DNA from: a virus
Length of the DNA: 64,000 bases
Reading direction: 5' to 3' (one strand)
IMG/VR virus record: IMGVR_UViG_3300042691_039251
Location: 25,679 to 89,678 of that record
Notes under the pieces: generated by a model
What the model was told of the DNA's origin: nothing
The model's input: the letters and a program-made list of their open reading frames with translations, nothing else
The model's database searches: none
Shown: positions 17,192-31,823 of the stretch, in pieces
Position numbering within the stretch: position 1 is the first letter of the stretch
Layout: every line of letters begins with the position of its first letter
Program-made: the position numbers and the translations under genes

Positions 17192-20100
17192 CGGATACCG
17201 CATATCGAACACATCGGGCATTGCCCTTTCCACTGACAACGAGGGGATCTCAATTCCTACCACGAACAACGTGGCTGGACTCAGAGCCTCGGGTGTCCCT
17301 ACAGGATCGCTGATCTTCAGCACCACAGATAACCAACTCTACTCTTTCAACGGAACGAGCTGGGTCAGAGCCTCTACCTCTGGATCCAGCGGAACTGCAG
17401 GAACTTCAGGTTCTTCAGGAACCGCAGGAACATCGGGTTCTAGCGGAACTGCTGGAACATCAGGTTCTAGTGGAACCTCTGGTCTACAGGGTCCAGCCGG
17501 GCCGCAGGGAGCTCAGGGACCGCAAGGCGCGACTGGGCCTCAAGGTGCTCAAGGTCCGCAAGGGATCCAAGGTCCACAAGGAGTCCAAGGTCCGAGCGGT
17601 AGCAGTGGAACCAGTGGTACATCAGGTTCTAGCGGAACTGCAGGAACTTCAGGTTCTAGCGGAACTGCAGGAACGAGTGGAACTAGCGGCTCTTCGGGCA
17701 CAGCCGGAACTAGCGGTTCTGCTGGAACTGCGGGTACTAGTGGAACTCCGGGAACGAGCGGAACGAGCGGAGGACAGGGAGGTCTAGGACCTCAAGGTCC
17801 ACAGGGACCTATCGGACCGGGCGGACCTCAGGGAAATACTGGACCTCAGGGACCACAAGGGCCACAGGGAAATGCCGGATCGAGCGGTACGAGCGGTACC
17901 ACCGGAACTTCAGGAACTAGCGGTGGTCAGGGCCCTCAAGGCAACCAGGGTCCTCAAGGAGCTCAAGGTCCACAGGGTAACACCGGTCCACAGGGTCCAC
18001 AGGGACCACAAGGGCCGGGTGGCGGGCAAGGACCTGGCGGTTCTTCAGGAACAAGTGGAACTTCAGCAGCTTCGGCTATCACTAACAACACAAACAACTA
18101 TGTTGTTACTGCAACAGGAGATGGAACTACTCCTTTTAACGGTGAGGCTAATCTACAATTCAATGGATCAATTTTAACAGTAGAAGGTAATCTCCAGCAA
18201 AAGGGCAAGATCTACTACACTTACGATTGGTTACAAGAAAAGGATTTTGGATATGGGGGTGGCTATAAAACTTTAGCTATTGGGAGTTTATCTTCTTCTA
18301 ATGTGTTTAGTTTAGCCTTCGGGGTAGACGTGAGCGGTAACCCTAGCGGATCTTTTTCAGGTTACGGCAGCGAATACTTTTGGAGAAGCGCAGGTTCTTT
18401 CAAAACTCCGAATTCATCTAATAACGGTTACAATCAGCTATTTGAATGGAATAGCAGCGGAGGAATGACTTTTAATCAAGCCGCTGAATTTATAGGAACG
18501 GTAACAGTCGGTTCTCCTTTGTCTGTAAAAAGTACAACTCCTTACATTCAATGGATAAATGCTTCTTCGACGAGATTAGCGTACATCCAACATAACGCCA
18601 CAAACTTAGTTTACAATGCAGATACCGGAGTTCACGTATTTAATCAAAATGTAGATATTAATGGTTCAACACTAACACTTACGCCTGCTGCATATAGTGG
18701 TAATTATAAATCATTATTTGCCACTATGAGCAGTGCTCAAGGTGTGTTACAATTAGGTAACAACGGAGCAAACTACATCGTTGCGGGCAACAGCTTTGCA
18801 GGTGGGCAAATGCTTTTTTATGTTAATGCCACTTCAAGTTTTCTAAGTTCTGTAAATGGAACATTGGCTCTAACACTCTCCTCTAACGCAGCGGCTACCT
18901 TTAGTTCAGCTCTTACTGTTATTAGCACGGGTAATTTTGGTGGAGGTACTTTAAACGGAGCAGCTTTTATAATTAAAGGAGCAAATAGCACACCTGCTAC
19001 AAGCGGCACTACGACAGGTGCTGTATTAAGACTTTCAAGCGGAACAGGACTTTATAATGTTCTTGATTTTGGAACAAATGAAGCATTAGATTATTCTTGG
19101 ATTCAATCAACAAGAGCAAATAGTTTAGGTACTTACGACTACCTAGCAATACAGCCTAACGGTGGTAATTTACTTGTAGGTACAACTGCTAATTCAACAT
19201 TTAAACTTGATGTAAATGGCACGGCTAGGGTGAGTGGTGTGGCTACGTTTAGTAGCAGAGTAAATGTAAATGGGGCATCAGATGATGCGGATATTGCACT
19301 GCAAACAGTTGCGCCAAGTGGGGCAGGCAAATATATTTATGTTGGTAGAGATTCTTCAGCTCAATGGAGATTCTCTGTTGCTTCAAGTGGAGATACTCAA
19401 ATAGGAGCACCTCAATCAGGAGCAACATATAAACTACTTACATTAAGTAGTAGTGGGAATAACTTAGATACAGGAACAGTACTCAGACTTATTGGTAACT
19501 CTGCCCTTGATTTGGTTGACATTTCTGTAAATGATACAACTACAAGAATTTACCATCAGGAAAATGCAGCAGACGCAGCAAACGGGTATGGCAAAATTCA
19601 GTTCAGAACCAACGCAACTGCAAATGGAAGTTCCCCGACAAGAGGAGGCTTTCAATTTACTATCGGTTCAACAGATGCTTTATTCATTAATTCAATAGGT
19701 CAGGCCACATTTACTACAACGTCAGGGAGTGGCATAACAATTACCACGAACGATGTCACTACTTTAAAAATGACTAGTTCAGCCGGTACTACTAAGAATT
19801 GGGGATTTGCTACAACGAATTTAGCTGCTAGTGATTTTGGAATTTATCAATCTAATGCAGCAGGAGGAGATCCTATAAGCGCAGGAGCTGCTAAGTTGTA
19901 TTTTAACGGAAACGGTGCAGCTACATTTAGCTCATCAATTACCGTCGGTGTAATACCTGCATTGAACCCCTCAGGGTTTGGATATGACCCCAATGGATAT
20001 AAAACACTAATTCTTGGGCCAACAAATCCAACAGGTTATCAGACTCTCTGTATAGGCGTTGATGTAAGTGGCATCGCAAGCGGAGCTTTCAGCGGAGCCG

Positions 20101-22013
20101 GCGGAGAGATCGTCTGGAAGAATGTCTGTACCTGGATCACTCCAAACGCCGCAAATACTTCGTATAATACTCTTCTCAGTTGGAATAGCAGCGGTCAGTT
20201 TACTTTTAATCAAATATCATATTTTAGCGGAGGGTTAACTTCTCTCGGTTCGTTTGCAATAGGAGATTATACTCAAGGTACAAATACATTAACGTTCGCA
20301 GCATCTGCTAACGGTATCGCTAAGATAAACTTCTATGATTCTAATAACACTGAAGGGCTATATCTAAGAACAGATGGTGAGCAGTACGGAGGTACAATGA
20401 CTCTTGGTGCAAGATGGGATGATGATGAGGCAAAGATTGTTTTCAAGATGTACCAAGTGTCAGCAGGTGCATCTTATAATGCAAGAGTTGGTATTGGTAC
20501 AGGAGCAATTAATCCTCTTTCAATGCTTCACGTTTGTGAAACAGATGGAGGTAATTATTTAGGTTCGTTAAGAGTTGGTGGGGCGTCAGGCTTTGGTATA
20601 GTTATGGACTATACACAATCAGCTGCTACTACAGGAACGATGTATGTTTCTCCGGGTTATACATCAAATGACACTTTATTTAAGTTGGGTGCTGCAAGTG
20701 GTAATACTAATCAGTTAGTATTAAGAGGAAATGGTAGAATTGGTATAGGAACAGATGCACCAAGTAGCAAACTACAAGTAGGATTAGATGAAACCGCTTT
20801 TATTTCTATAGCTAACGGGGGTTCTGCTAACGTAACAAGTGGGATTAATTGGCTCTATGGAAGCGGACAAACTAATGGGGGTGGTATAGAAATGGGGGCT
20901 CCTTCAGCTGATAACTTTTATATGATTTTCAAAACAAGAAATTCAGGAAGTACTGCTGAGCGAATGAGATTAACGAATGATGGAAATTTAGCAATTGGAG
21001 TAACCTCAGCCCCGGGCAGATTGACTGTTGATTATACATCTTACTCGTCAGCACAAACGCCATTGTATGTTGGTAATACAGGATTTACTGCTTGGAATAG
21101 ACAATCTTACGATACGTTTGTTTTACAACAAGATGATGTTACATCATTTAGAATGGTTGAGAAGAATGGTGAAGCAACAACCAATGACCAAGTATTGACA
21201 TTAAGCATTGGTGATGGTTTAGGCGTCATTGCAACATCGGCACAACCATTAGGATTCTATGTAAACGGAAGTCCATCAGGCTTAGCTTATCAAGGTTTAT
21301 CAGGAACGCAGGTCTTGAGATTAAATACAACCGGCAATGCTCAGTTTTATGGAGCATTAGACGTTGCAAGTACTATTAGTACAAGCGGTTCTATCGTTTC
21401 AACAGTAGGCGGAACTTCTGAACTTAGATTAAGAGGAGGCGGATATGGTGGAAGTTATAACACTTCACTTAGGTCTTTGGCAGGTGCGATAGGAGTTTTG
21501 CAATTTGGTAATAACGGAGGTAACTACATTTTAGCAGGTAACACAAATACGGGCGGTCTTTTAGAATTTAGAGTAAACTGTAATTCTGAAAGTATTACAT
21601 CAGGTTCAAAGGTGTTAACTCTAAACGCCAATGCAACTGCTAATTTTGAAAGTACGCTAACAGCCGGTGGTGACATCGTAGCATACTCAGATAGAAGATT
21701 AAAGACCAACGTTCAACCAATCAAAAACGCTTTAGATAAGACCCTATCTCTTCAAGGTATCACTTACAATAGAACCGATGCAGATGCTGACAAATCGACA
21801 AAAATAGGTTTTATTGCTCAAGACGTTCTCGATGTTTTACCTGAAGTAGTCACTCATGATCTCAATTCTGATATTTACGGAGTCTCTTACGGCAATGTCA
21901 CAGCTCTTCTCGTAGAAGCGATCAAGGAGCTCTCAGCACAGAACAAAAAACTTGAAGAAAAGAACAGAGAATTTGAAACTATTCTCAATTCTTTGATAAA
22001 TAGACAAAAATAA
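17187..22013 (+). CDS. collagen-like tail fibre 2 with S74 chaperone
   Basis: Same architecture; YSDRRLK...GFIAQD. Confidence 0.9.
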   Translation: MAGYRISNTSGIALSTDNEGISIPTTNNVAGLRASGVPTGSLIFSTTDNQLYSFNGTSWVRASTSGSSGTAGTSGSSGTAGTSGSSGTAGTSGSSGTSGLQGPAGPQGAQGPQGATGPQGAQGPQGIQGPQGVQGPSGSSGTSGTSGSSGTAGTSGSSGTAGTSGTSGSSGTAGTSGSAGTAGTSGTPGTSGTSGGQGGLGPQGPQGPIGPGGPQGNTGPQGPQGPQGNAGSSGTSGTTGTSGTSGGQGPQGNQGPQGAQGPQGNTGPQGPQGPQGPGGGQGPGGSSGTSGTSAASAITNNTNNYVVTATGDGTTPFNGEANLQFNGSILTVEGNLQQKGKIYYTYDWLQEKDFGYGGGYKTLAIGSLSSSNVFSLAFGVDVSGNPSGSFSGYGSEYFWRSAGSFKTPNSSNNGYNQLFEWNSSGGMTFNQAAEFIGTVTVGSPLSVKSTTPYIQWINASSTRLAYIQHNATNLVYNADTGVHVFNQNVDINGSTLTLTPAAYSGNYKSLFATMSSAQGVLQLGNNGANYIVAGNSFAGGQMLFYVNATSSFLSSVNGTLALTLSSNAAATFSSALTVISTGNFGGGTLNGAAFIIKGANSTPATSGTTTGAVLRLSSGTGLYNVLDFGTNEALDYSWIQSTRANSLGTYDYLAIQPNGGNLLVGTTANSTFKLDVNGTARVSGVATFSSRVNVNGASDDADIALQTVAPSGAGKYIYVGRDSSAQWRFSVASSGDTQIGAPQSGATYKLLTLSSSGNNLDTGTVLRLIGNSALDLVDISVNDTTTRIYHQENAADAANGYGKIQFRTNATANGSSPTRGGFQFTIGSTDALFINSIGQATFTTTSGSGITITTNDVTTLKMTSSAGTTKNWGFATTNLAASDFGIYQSNAAGGDPISAGAAKLYFNGNGAATFSSSITVGVIPALNPSGFGYDPNGYKTLILGPTNPTGYQTLCIGVDVSGIASGAFSGAGGEIVWKNVCTWITPNAANTSYNTLLSWNSSGQFTFNQISYFSGGLTSLGSFAIGDYTQGTNTLTFAASANGIAKINFYDSNNTEGLYLRTDGEQYGGTMTLGARWDDDEAKIVFKMYQVSAGASYNARVGIGTGAINPLSMLHVCETDGGNYLGSLRVGGASGFGIVMDYTQSAATTGTMYVSPGYTSNDTLFKLGAASGNTNQLVLRGNGRIGIGTDAPSSKLQVGLDETAFISIANGGSANVTSGINWLYGSGQTNGGGIEMGAPSADNFYMIFKTRNSGSTAERMRLTNDGNLAIGVTSAPGRLTVDYTSYSSAQTPLYVGNTGFTAWNRQSYDTFVLQQDDVTSFRMVEKNGEATTNDQVLTLSIGDGLGVIATSAQPLGFYVNGSPSGLAYQGLSGTQVLRLNTTGNAQFYGALDVASTISTSGSIVSTVGGTSELRLRGGGYGGSYNTSLRSLAGAIGVLQFGNNGGNYILAGNTNTGGLLEFRVNCNSESITSGSKVLTLNANATANFESTLTAGGDIVAYSDRRLKTNVQPIKNALDKTLSLQGITYNRTDADADKSTKIGFIAQDVLDVLPEVVTHDLNSDIYGVSYGNVTALLVEAIKELSAQNKKLEEKNREFETILNSLINRQK
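17382..18065 (+). repeat. Gly-X-Y repeat (about 76 triplets)
   Basis: Translation of fibre 2. Confidence 0.9.
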
Positions 22014-22022
22014 AGCAGTAAC

Positions 22023-22367
22023 ATGCCAGCAATGACACAAGGAAACAACATGAAAGTAATCCAGCCAATTTTGGCTTGGTACAACGGAACTGAAACAGAA
22101 GGCACAGTCCTTTCTTTACAGTGCAACAGCGACAACCTCTTCAACCAGGCGAGCTTCAACTACAGCATCTTCTCTACTTCTGAGCCTACGACCGGCCAAG
22201 AGTACGGTTATCTCCAAGCGACTCTAGTCCAAGGTTACCTCACAATGACCGGCGCAGAGTACGAAGCTTGGCAGACTAACGACTACGCTTTTGAATGGGC
22301 AGCTGGAAAATTGAACCTCACTATTGTAGGTCCTTACGTTCCACCTTCTCCTAATCCAATGATCTAA
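22023..22367 (+). CDS. small tail-fibre-associated protein
   Basis: Preceded by GATAAATA at 21995; QGYLTMTGAEYEAW...YAFEWAAGKLNL. Confidence 0.75.
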   Translation: MPAMTQGNNMKVIQPILAWYNGTETEGTVLSLQCNSDNLFNQASFNYSIFSTSEPTTGQEYGYLQATLVQGYLTMTGAEYEAWQTNDYAFEWAAGKLNLTIVGPYVPPSPNPMI

Positions 22368-22372
22368 GCTTA

Positions 22373-22405
22373 GATAGATAGCCAAAGAAAAAGATAAACT
22401 TTGGC
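22373..22405 (+). promoter_or_regulatory. late box plus start-occluding hairpin (fibre 3)
   Basis: GATAGATA 22373-22380; GCCAAAG/CTTTGGC. Confidence 0.6.
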
Positions 22406-25400
22406 CGGCTATAAGATTACGAACACCTCGGGAATCGGCCTCAACACCGACAACGAGGGAGTTTCAATTCCAACAACATCCAATCCTGCTAACTTGAGGA
22501 CGACTGGAGTTCCTACGGGCTCCATCGTCTTCAACACAGCAAATAACCAGTTCTACGGCTTCAACGGTACGAGTTGGGTCATAGCTTCTACTTCGGGGAC
22601 CTCCGGTTCGACCGGCACTTCAGGAACCTCGGGAACTTCCAGCACTTCAGGCACAAGCGGTTCTACAGGAACGAGCGGAACTTCGGGTTCGAGTGGTACT
22701 TCAGGGACCAGCGGAACGAGCGGCTCTTCTGGGACGAGTGGGACTTCTGGGTCTAGTGGGACTAGTGGAACCTCGGGTTCTAGCGGAACTTCAGGAACGA
22801 GCGGAACCGCGGGAACGAGCGGAACCACTGGGACGAGTGGATCTAGCGGAACTGCAGGGACGAGCGGAACTACAGGAACGAGCGGAACGAGTGGACCACA
22901 GGGCCCTCAAGGACCAATCGGACCACAAGGTGCAATCGGACCACAAGGCGCGACTGGGCCTCAAGGACCTCTGGGACCACAGGGACCGCAGGGACCGCAG
23001 GGAGTACAAGGACCTAGCGGAACGAGCGGAACTTCAGGCGCTCAAGGGCCTGGAGGATCATCGGGAACTAGTGGAACTGCGGGAACCAGCGGAACCAGCC
23101 CCGCCAGCCAGGTCACAGGTTCTGGAACAGAAGGTCAAATTGCATATTGGTCTTCATCATCAGCTATCACAGGAGAGAGCGGTTTGACATGGAACGCAGC
23201 TAGCGATACATTGTCAGTTTTTGGTTGGGTCGATTCTTACAGAAGATTCAGACTGTATTTTAACGACATTCAAACTCTCGCCGCTGAGCTCTATGAAGAT
23301 GGAGCATCAACTAACGGTGGTACTTTAACTCTTTACGGCAAAGCGAGCGGAACCGTCGACACCGTTATTTCTGCTGCTCCAACTAAGCTGAACTACATCA
23401 ACAATGCTGCCAACCTTATGGTCGGTTGGAACACTGATCAAGGCGTTAAATTTGCAGCTAATGGAAGCGGACTTTTTAGCGGAGATCTACAAGTAGGTAG
23501 CTCCAATGTTACGAGCGTTAGCCTTAGAATCACGAGGAATAATGCTACTATCCCTGCAGATGCTAACTATTTTGTGGCTTCAGCCAACACTCCTAACCAT
23601 TCTTGGATCGAAGGCGGTTATTTTACAGGAGAATTGGCGGGAGTTATTACCGCACCCAATTCAGGCTACCCATATTTTGAAAATTGGGCAGGCCAGGGCA
23701 GCGCAACATCTAAATCTTTCGGTTTTGTAAATAAGACGAGCGGTACGTTCATAAGTACAGATTTTTTATACACTCTCAGTTTATTGAGGACTGGCCAGGT
23801 CAGATTTAATCAATATGGTTCAGGAACCTTCACCGGAACTGTAGCTTATAACCTCGCGGTCGATTCAAGCGGTAATGTCATTGAAACTGCAGGCGGTGTA
23901 GTTGATGGAAGCGGCACAGCTAACAGATTAGCAAAATGGAGTGATTCTAACACTCTAACAAACGCAAACGTCACAGACGACGGAAGCACAGTCAGAATAA
24001 ACACTCTTCCTCTACTCTCTGATTCCAGGTTAGCAGTAGGAACTGCCGGTGGTGATCAGACTTACGCATCAATCTTCATCGGTGGAGCTATCACTAGCGG
24101 AACAAATCAATATGCACTATTATGTGATCCTCAGCTGGCTGGTACTGGAGACAATTATGCTCTTTTTGCAAATGCGAGAATTAAAGCAAATACGGCCGTA
24201 ACTAACGCCTTTGGTGTTTATATCCCTTCAGCTGAAAAGCTATCGGGTGCCACTATAGCTAACAACTACGCTCTTTACATAGCCAATCAGACTAGTGGTA
24301 GCAGCACTAACTATTCGATCTATTCATCAGGTGGCTTGAATTATTTCGGTGGAATTGTAGGAATAGGAGCAACACCAGTCAGCGGTATTTCTCTCTACAT
24401 AAAAGGAAATGGTGTAGACAGCCCTCTATTAAAAATGCAGGGCCTTGCGAACACCACTGCAATGCTCGGAGACACTACTACAGGAACCACTGATGTGGGT
24501 AATCTGTGGTTGTATAACGAAGGAACACTACGCATCAGATTAGACTCAGATACAGCAGGCACATCTTATATTAACGCCGGAAATTTTGTAGTAGGTTCAT
24601 CATCAGGTAGCGGTTACAAAGTAGAATTTTTCGGAGGTCACGAAGACATTCTAAGAATACACAATACGACAACTACTGGAGATTCTCTCATTGCTTTCAC
24701 TAATGCAGATGGAACTTTAGGAAGAATACAGGCTGTAGATGGTGGGGGCTTCGTCGTAGACACACCGGGAATTGATAGAACTAATTTTCTGATCGGCTTA
24801 AATTCGACAACGATACCAAATAATGCAGCAGGCCGTGGCAATCTTGTGGTAAACGGCTCTTCGAGCTCGATAATGCAGATGACTGTAGACGGTATCGAAA
24901 AAGGTTATGTGTATCATAACGGAGTCAACATGGAACTCTGGAACACTGCAGATGGAGATATTGCTGTAGGTGCTAACAATACGCAAATAGCTGCTTTCAA
25001 GGCAGCCACAAGCGGCCAAAGAAATTTTGTGGTAGGCGGTTCCACTGCTCTCTCAGCAGCTTCAAACAGAGGTAACATAACCATCAACGGAGCTTCTAAC
25101 TCTATACTCGCATTCGGCGTAAACAATGTGTTAAAAGGCTATCTGTACAATAACGGTACCAGCTTCTACATGAACATGGGAGCTGGTGACATGATATTTG
25201 AAGGAGATACAGCGACTCCTTTAACTTTGAACCAGAACGGTTTTGTTGGAGTCAGAACAACTCCTCTCTATCAATTTTCAGTCAACGGTTCTACTGGTGG
25301 AATAGACTTTGAGACGAACAATAACTCGACTTCAGCAACGAGCATACTTTATACTGTAAGAGAAACTGGAGTATCGAGAACTATTACGACAGGCGGTTAC

Positions 25401-27563
25401 ACGTACGGATCTTCCAATCCGCTGACGATGGTTCTCACTCAAAACTCTAACACTCCGATTGGAATGTATTATTCAGCAGACAACGCTGAAGGTGCAGGCT
25501 TAAAAGGTTACAAGTCTAGAGGTACTGTCGCAGCTCCGGTTTCGGTGAACAGCGGTGATACCATCTTCTCAATGGAAGGTTGGGCTTTTCATGGTGCAGG
25601 TCCTAACCAAGCAAAATTCGGTGCAGGCATAAGATTTGTGAAAGATGATACTTTCGGTACTGCAAATACTTTTGCTCCACAAAGAACTGAGTTTTACAAT
25701 GCAGTCAATACAACTACGGTGCAGACCAACGTAGTCATTTTTCCTAACGGAAATACTTCCATTGGGTCTACCTCATATTTCAGTACGTATAAATTGTATG
25801 TGGGTGGCATGATCGCTTCGAGCACCGGATTTTTACTCGACAGCGGACAGTACACCGGCGTAGCCGGAGTGCCTTATGCAGGTATGTTCATGACAGAATC
25901 TGCTTCTTCAGATGGATTCGGAGCTCTTCTTTTAGCAGCGAGAACTGATGCAGCTAGGCCGATCATCTTTGGAACGTACAACGGATCTGCCATGGGGGAA
26001 AGAGCGAGAATCACCGCGACAGGAACCCTCCTGGTTAATGCCACTAACGCAGACATTGGTGGATCGGTGACTGGGATTGCATTATCTTCAGGTAACAAGG
26101 TGCTCGTCTCAGACAACACTACCGGAATTGGATCCTTCCTTTTCTACGGGGACAGAAGAGGGACTGGTAATACTGGAGCAATTTACATGTTGGCTAGAGG
26201 CGGATTCTATAAAGCATCCATCGGAGTTCTAGGCGTAGACTCGACGACTGATGATGGAGGAATTACTTTTAACACTATAAGCGGTAACTCCACTGCTACA
26301 GAAAGGATGAGAGTCACTCCTAGCGGAGTAGGAATTAACACCGGCTACGCTCCAGATAATCCTCTCGAAGTTTTCGGTGCAGATAGCGGAATCAAGATAA
26401 GCTCGGCCGTAGCAAATAGACCTCAGTTGAGATTTGAATGTGGAACTACCGAGAACATGGTCCTCTCAGCCAACTCTTCTTATGGAGCGATCGGAGATTC
26501 TTCTTCCGCCGACAGATACATGATCTTCAGAAGTGGTAATGTGGGGATAGGCGCTAGCGCTTCAAACCCTGCAGTAAAGCTGGATATAGTTGACAGTACT
26601 TCAGCAGTGAGAGCTCGAGTAAAAAACATAGATGGTGCAGGCTCAGCGGGGTTAATTCTTAATCCTGAGGGAGGTGGCGCAGGCTCAACCGGGGATGCTA
26701 CTGTCTTCTTCGACATGAATAACACTGCATGGGTCGCAGGAGTAGATAAAACTGATAGCTCCAAATTTAAGATAGCTAATGATGTTTACGGGGATTTTAG
26801 AGATTTTAATTACTTAACTATTCAGACTAACGGCTTAATAGGGATAAGCACTACTGCACCTGGGGAATATCTCACTATCGGAAGAAATGACGCTAGTGAC
26901 GGAAACGCATACTCTTTAGCGATACTCAGATCAGGTACATCAGCCGCTCCAGGAACTTGGAAGTCTACACCGGCTATCAGAATCGAAGACATTTCAGGTG
27001 ACGGTCCGAGCTCTTTTTCTACAACATCAGGACTACTTCAGATCAATACGGGTAGAATCGCAGACGCTGACACTTATGCTAATAACGCTCTGATGATCAA
27101 CTGCGTCAACGACAACGGCCCGGCTTTTGTAGTCACTGCTAAGAGACGAGTTGGTGTGGTCCAGAACCAACCTTCTTATGCGTTGGATGTCACCGGTGAA
27201 ATCAGAGCAACTGGAGACATCATCGCTTACTCTGATATGAGAATGAAGAAAGACGTCCAGACTCTAGAATCTGCTCTGGACAAAGTCTCTAAGCTCCGAG
27301 GTGTCAGCTACCGAATGAAAAATTCCGATAAAGACGATCTCAAAATCGGAGTCATCGCACAGGAAGTCCAGCAGGTCATTCCAGAAGTCGTCAGCGAAGA
27401 CGATAACGGAAATCTTTCAGTGGCTTACGGTAACATGGTCGGACTTCTCATCGAAGCAGTAAAAGAGCTCTCCACGCAGAATAAGGAACAACAAGGAGAG
27501 ATAGATAGTCTAAAGAGACAGTTAGCATCTGTCCTCCAAAGAACTATCGATGGCCGGATATAG
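22401..27563 (+). CDS. collagen-like tail fibre 3 with S74 chaperone
   Basis: Same architecture; YSDMRMK...GVIAQE. Confidence 0.9.
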   Translation: MAGYKITNTSGIGLNTDNEGVSIPTTSNPANLRTTGVPTGSIVFNTANNQFYGFNGTSWVIASTSGTSGSTGTSGTSGTSSTSGTSGSTGTSGTSGSSGTSGTSGTSGSSGTSGTSGSSGTSGTSGSSGTSGTSGTAGTSGTTGTSGSSGTAGTSGTTGTSGTSGPQGPQGPIGPQGAIGPQGATGPQGPLGPQGPQGPQGVQGPSGTSGTSGAQGPGGSSGTSGTAGTSGTSPASQVTGSGTEGQIAYWSSSSAITGESGLTWNAASDTLSVFGWVDSYRRFRLYFNDIQTLAAELYEDGASTNGGTLTLYGKASGTVDTVISAAPTKLNYINNAANLMVGWNTDQGVKFAANGSGLFSGDLQVGSSNVTSVSLRITRNNATIPADANYFVASANTPNHSWIEGGYFTGELAGVITAPNSGYPYFENWAGQGSATSKSFGFVNKTSGTFISTDFLYTLSLLRTGQVRFNQYGSGTFTGTVAYNLAVDSSGNVIETAGGVVDGSGTANRLAKWSDSNTLTNANVTDDGSTVRINTLPLLSDSRLAVGTAGGDQTYASIFIGGAITSGTNQYALLCDPQLAGTGDNYALFANARIKANTAVTNAFGVYIPSAEKLSGATIANNYALYIANQTSGSSTNYSIYSSGGLNYFGGIVGIGATPVSGISLYIKGNGVDSPLLKMQGLANTTAMLGDTTTGTTDVGNLWLYNEGTLRIRLDSDTAGTSYINAGNFVVGSSSGSGYKVEFFGGHEDILRIHNTTTTGDSLIAFTNADGTLGRIQAVDGGGFVVDTPGIDRTNFLIGLNSTTIPNNAAGRGNLVVNGSSSSIMQMTVDGIEKGYVYHNGVNMELWNTADGDIAVGANNTQIAAFKAATSGQRNFVVGGSTALSAASNRGNITINGASNSILAFGVNNVLKGYLYNNGTSFYMNMGAGDMIFEGDTATPLTLNQNGFVGVRTTPLYQFSVNGSTGGIDFETNNNSTSATSILYTVRETGVSRTITTGGYTYGSSNPLTMVLTQNSNTPIGMYYSADNAEGAGLKGYKSRGTVAAPVSVNSGDTIFSMEGWAFHGAGPNQAKFGAGIRFVKDDTFGTANTFAPQRTEFYNAVNTTTVQTNVVIFPNGNTSIGSTSYFSTYKLYVGGMIASSTGFLLDSGQYTGVAGVPYAGMFMTESASSDGFGALLLAARTDAARPIIFGTYNGSAMGERARITATGTLLVNATNADIGGSVTGIALSSGNKVLVSDNTTGIGSFLFYGDRRGTGNTGAIYMLARGGFYKASIGVLGVDSTTDDGGITFNTISGNSTATERMRVTPSGVGINTGYAPDNPLEVFGADSGIKISSAVANRPQLRFECGTTENMVLSANSSYGAIGDSSSADRYMIFRSGNVGIGASASNPAVKLDIVDSTSAVRARVKNIDGAGSAGLILNPEGGGAGSTGDATVFFDMNNTAWVAGVDKTDSSKFKIANDVYGDFRDFNYLTIQTNGLIGISTTAPGEYLTIGRNDASDGNAYSLAILRSGTSAAPGTWKSTPAIRIEDISGDGPSSFSTTSGLLQINTGRIADADTYANNALMINCVNDNGPAFVVTAKRRVGVVQNQPSYALDVTGEIRATGDIIAYSDMRMKKDVQTLESALDKVSKLRGVSYRMKNSDKDDLKIGVIAQEVQQVIPEVVSEDDNGNLSVAYGNMVGLLIEAVKELSTQNKEQQGEIDSLKRQLASVLQRTIDGRI
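22596..23099 (+). repeat. Gly-X-Y repeat (about 56 triplets)
   Basis: Translation of fibre 3. Confidence 0.9.
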
Positions 27564-30500
27564 AATATCAAATACTTCAGGAATTGCTCTCTCCACAGAT
27601 AATGAGGGCATATCCTTTCCCACAGTCAGCAACGTGAACCAGCTGAGGACTTCAGGAGTCCCGACCGGTTCTGTCGTCTATAACACTGGGGACAATCAGC
27701 TCTACGCATTTAACGGAACAAGTTGGATCCGGGCCTCAACTTCAGGAACTTCGGGCTCGGCTGGCACTGCTGGGAGCTCAGGCACCAATGGGACTTCAGG
27801 AACCTCGGGTTCTAGCGGAACTAGCGGTACCTCGGGTTCTAGCGGAACCAGCGGGACTTCTGGAACGAGCGGTTCCAGCGGAACGAGCGGAACTTCAGGC
27901 AGCAGCGGAACCGGTGGAACTAGCGGTACTTCGGGATCTTCTGGAACCAGTGGGACTAGTGGATCCTCAGGGACGAGCGGGACCAGTGGAACGAGCGGGA
28001 CCAGTGGAACGAGCGGCTCATCCGGGACTGCAGGGACATCAGGTTCTAGTGGAACAGCAGGAACTAGCGGTACAAGCGGCATAGCAGGGCCACAAGGTCC
28101 ACAGGGGCCGATCGGACCTCAAGGAGTCCAAGGTCCACAAGGTCCACAGGGGCCGCAAGGTCCACAGGGTGGTGGAGGATCTGCAGGAACGAGCGGAACT
28201 AGCGGAGGGCAAGGGCCTCAAGGGCCTCAAGGTCCTATTGGACCGCAAGGTAATACTGGGCCGCAGGGTCCACAGGGACCTAATGGAACTTCGGGAACTA
28301 GTGGAGGGCAAGGGCCCGGTGGAACGAGTGGAACGAGTGGAAACAGCGGGACTTCAGGTACGAGTGGATCAGGTACGAGCGGTACGAGCGGTACTTCCGC
28401 AGCCTCAGCAATTACTAATAACGTCAATAATTACGTCGTCACTGCGACTGGAAACGGTAGTACGCCTTTTAATGGTGAAGCCAATCTCCAGTTCGACGGG
28501 AGTGTTTTAGGAGTCAACGGAGGGATCGGTGACACGGGAAACGGCAGAATAGTTAAGCCCGGAGGAGCCTATTATCAGACTAGCTCTTCTTCGGTAACAG
28601 GAGCTATCAAGATCAAGCTCCCAATTGCGAAGAACAATTCTTCGACGATGCTAATGTTTACTGTCAGAGTCTATCAATATACTACTGGCTATTCTCATGA
28701 GTTCATCATCGGAGGCTACAATTACGTCTTGGGAGATTGGTATAACATCTTTGCGATCAACACTACCGACATTGGAAGCAATTATACTGTCAGATTCGGC
28801 CGAGACGGTACGAGTGATTGCGTCTGGATCGGAGAAACTAACAGCAGTTGGACTTATCCTCAGGTCTTCGTTACTGATATGCAAGGCGGTTATAGCAACT
28901 ACGATGATGTCTGGGCTACCGGATGGAGCGTCTCTTTCGCGACTTCCTTCGACACAGTAGAACAGAGTCGGACTGCAGCCTACGTCCTCAACAGTTCGAA
29001 CTCTCCTTACGCTTACAATATGAACCAGAACGTGAGGACTACAGACAGTCCTACGTTCAACACAGTTAATTTAAGCTCTTCTCTGACGATCAACTATCCT
29101 ATCTACTCTTACTGGGCTATCGGTCCTTCCGATAACGTGAGAACCGGCATCGGACAATATGACACGACCGCGATGGAGGCTGGAGTCGGAGGTCAATTTG
29201 TTCTAGGTTACAAATACACTTCAGCCGGAGATTATACAGAGGGCGCGATCATCAAGATGTACAAGCTGAATGGGACCTCTGGAGATTACAGCTCAGGCTT
29301 AAAATTCCAAGTCAGGGTCTCAGGAGACAGCTTGAGCACTAAAATGACCCTCGATCCCTATGGAAGGCTAGGAATCGGGACTACGACACCCGATAAGCAG
29401 CTCACAGTCTACAATTCAACTGCCGGTAATGATAACAGCGGCATCAGAATCGATAGAAGTGCAACCGATAGAGAAGCCAATCTTCAGTTCAGCACAGCTG
29501 GCAGCAATAAATGGTGGTTCCAGCTGGACAATAATAGCACCAATAATTTTTATCTCTATCAAGATACAGCTGGATTTGTTCAAACTTGGTTACCTGACGG
29601 CAAGGTAGGAATCGGAATCACGCCTAGCTATAAATTTCACGTCAAAGGTGGAAATGAAGTAGGCTCTAGATTCATAGTCACAGGGACTTATGCACCGATA
29701 CAGTTCAGCGGAGACGATTCGACGACTATTGGAGCTCTAAACGCATATTCAAGCATAATTGCTTTCGGCCGGGGTACTTCTACAGGAATAGAAGCTGACA
29801 TCGCAGTCCAATCTACGACTGGGCGCGTTGCGGTAGGAACTACTACATTCGACGCAGGTAAGAGAATAAACATTAGCGGAGCGTGGGCTGCCACTGTCAC
29901 AGCTGACGGAGCCAATTCAGCAGACAGGTGTTGGATCAGAGATACCGCCAGCGGAGCTTATTTGGATTTTGTAGTATACTCAGCTGGAGGTTCGCCCTAT
30001 AGCGATTCGATGGGAATGTTTGTCAGAGGTGGTAAGGATGCTTTGATCATGGCAAACGATGCTAACATTAGATTCGTCACCGCTGGCTACTCTGAGAGGA
30101 TGAGAGTTCTCAATAACGGTAACGTATTGATAGGCACCACGGGTGACGGAGGTTACAAGTTAGATGTAATGGGATCGATAAGATCTTTAGCTGAAAACTC
30201 CCTTCTTGTTTCAATGTCATCTAATGCAGCTAACGACGCAGTTGTTGCTTCTAGGTGGACTTCCGGCGTAGGAATGGAGATGAGATACCATCCCAATTCG
30301 GCTGTGGCATTCTTACAAAACACATATCAAGTCACATCAGGACAAGAATTCGGAGACATTCGTTTCAGGCAGAACGTCGGAGGCACTATGGTCACCAGAA
30401 TGATGATCAAAGCAGATGGCGGTAATGTCGGCATAGGAACGACACCTAGCTATAGATTGCACGTCGACGGCGGAGCTTCAGGAAATCCTCTCTTCGTAAA

Positions 30501-31803
30501 AGGCGGAACTTCTGGTTGGGTTATTTTTGAAAGAAATGGAAAACAGCTTTATCTGAATGCAAACTATTCGGATCTCAATTTATATGCTCAAGTTTCTCCC
30601 CTATCATCTCATAATATGGGATTGTCACTTTCTGCCAGAGAAGTCGTTGAAGATCTCTATCTAAACACTTCAGGCAATGTAGGAGTAGGTACAGGTTCAC
30701 CTGATAGAAAGCTACATGTTTATACTGGAGCTCCAACCGGTGCTACAGGCTCATCAGCCAATAGTGCAATACTAATAGACAGTAACGGTAACCAATACTT
30801 AGAATTCAGGACGAGATCAGACAGTACCGGTATTATGCAAGGTCTGCTCTTCACCGACAACGGTAGAAACGGGTTCATGGGCTTCAAAGAATATACGGCC
30901 GCTGCTGCCAACACTTACGGAGAATCTATTCAGTTCGCAATCCAAGATTTTTCAGGTTCTGATGCAGGTAGTGGATTTTGGTGGGGTACTACGACAGATG
31001 CAGCCAACGGTATCACGACCCCGAGAATGTTCCTCAGAAGCAACGGTAACCTCAATCTGGGATATAGCACCGATCAGGGTTATAGACTCGCCGTGAGCGG
31101 TACAACTTATATCTCTAGCAGTTTCTCGGTCAACACCGCTTCTTATTCCACTACCTTTGGCGACGCTGGAAGTTCTTTAATTAAAGGTTACTCTTCGGAC
31201 GGTTACACTGCAGCTTTCTACGGGCCGATTGGTACTAATCTCACGAATCCTTTTAGAGGAGGGCTTGTCATGGCAGACACGACTGCCCTCGCTGCTAACG
31301 TCGGAGGCCAGATCGCTTTAGGTTACAAGTACGATGGCAACGAGATCACTACAGGTGCCATCATTAAGCAGTACAAAGAGAACGGTAGCAGTGGGCACTA
31401 CGGATCAGGTCTTTATATTATGGTCAGAAACACTGGGGAAGAAATAAATGTCAAATTCAACCTCAATCCTTCAGGTTCTCTCACAGTCAAAGGTGATCTC
31501 ATCGCTTATGGATCCCCTTCAGATGCTCGTCTTAAGAACATCAAAGAGAAGATCCAAGATCCGATCGGCATCTTGAAGAAGATCAACGGCTACCGATTTG
31601 ATTGGAAGAAAGAAGATCTCGTACTCAAGCTCAAAGAAGACATAGGAGTCATCGCTCAAGAAGTCCAAGAAGTTCTCCCGGAGCTCGTGAGGCTGAATAA
31701 TGACGGCTACTATTCAGTGAGAGAAAAGGGACTCATCCCGATTCTCATCGAAGCGATCAAAGAACTCAATCAGAGAATTGAAGATCTCGAAAGAGATAGA
31801 TAA
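27550..31803 (+). CDS. collagen-like tail fibre 4 with S74 chaperone
   Basis: ATG start (supports TTG starts of the paralogues); PSDARLK...GVIAQE; GATAGATA at 27500. Confidence 0.9.
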   Translation: MAGYRISNTSGIALSTDNEGISFPTVSNVNQLRTSGVPTGSVVYNTGDNQLYAFNGTSWIRASTSGTSGSAGTAGSSGTNGTSGTSGSSGTSGTSGSSGTSGTSGTSGSSGTSGTSGSSGTGGTSGTSGSSGTSGTSGSSGTSGTSGTSGTSGTSGSSGTAGTSGSSGTAGTSGTSGIAGPQGPQGPIGPQGVQGPQGPQGPQGPQGGGGSAGTSGTSGGQGPQGPQGPIGPQGNTGPQGPQGPNGTSGTSGGQGPGGTSGTSGNSGTSGTSGSGTSGTSGTSAASAITNNVNNYVVTATGNGSTPFNGEANLQFDGSVLGVNGGIGDTGNGRIVKPGGAYYQTSSSSVTGAIKIKLPIAKNNSSTMLMFTVRVYQYTTGYSHEFIIGGYNYVLGDWYNIFAINTTDIGSNYTVRFGRDGTSDCVWIGETNSSWTYPQVFVTDMQGGYSNYDDVWATGWSVSFATSFDTVEQSRTAAYVLNSSNSPYAYNMNQNVRTTDSPTFNTVNLSSSLTINYPIYSYWAIGPSDNVRTGIGQYDTTAMEAGVGGQFVLGYKYTSAGDYTEGAIIKMYKLNGTSGDYSSGLKFQVRVSGDSLSTKMTLDPYGRLGIGTTTPDKQLTVYNSTAGNDNSGIRIDRSATDREANLQFSTAGSNKWWFQLDNNSTNNFYLYQDTAGFVQTWLPDGKVGIGITPSYKFHVKGGNEVGSRFIVTGTYAPIQFSGDDSTTIGALNAYSSIIAFGRGTSTGIEADIAVQSTTGRVAVGTTTFDAGKRINISGAWAATVTADGANSADRCWIRDTASGAYLDFVVYSAGGSPYSDSMGMFVRGGKDALIMANDANIRFVTAGYSERMRVLNNGNVLIGTTGDGGYKLDVMGSIRSLAENSLLVSMSSNAANDAVVASRWTSGVGMEMRYHPNSAVAFLQNTYQVTSGQEFGDIRFRQNVGGTMVTRMMIKADGGNVGIGTTPSYRLHVDGGASGNPLFVKGGTSGWVIFERNGKQLYLNANYSDLNLYAQVSPLSSHNMGLSLSAREVVEDLYLNTSGNVGVGTGSPDRKLHVYTGAPTGATGSSANSAILIDSNGNQYLEFRTRSDSTGIMQGLLFTDNGRNGFMGFKEYTAAAANTYGESIQFAIQDFSGSDAGSGFWWGTTTDAANGITTPRMFLRSNGNLNLGYSTDQGYRLAVSGTTYISSSFSVNTASYSTTFGDAGSSLIKGYSSDGYTAAFYGPIGTNLTNPFRGGLVMADTTALAANVGGQIALGYKYDGNEITTGAIIKQYKENGSSGHYGSGLYIMVRNTGEEINVKFNLNPSGSLTVKGDLIAYGSPSDARLKNIKEKIQDPIGILKKINGYRFDWKKEDLVLKLKEDIGVIAQEVQEVLPELVRLNNDGYYSVREKGLIPILIEAIKELNQRIEDLERDR
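27745..28398 (+). repeat. Gly-X-Y repeat (about 72 triplets, one GS interruption)
   Basis: Translation of fibre 4. Confidence 0.9.
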
Positions 31804-31823
31804 GCAAAGCAAATCTAGTTTTG
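31795..31823 (+). promoter_or_regulatory. late box plus hairpin (fibre 5)
   Basis: GATAGATA 31795-31802; CAAAGC/GTTTTG. Confidence 0.55.
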
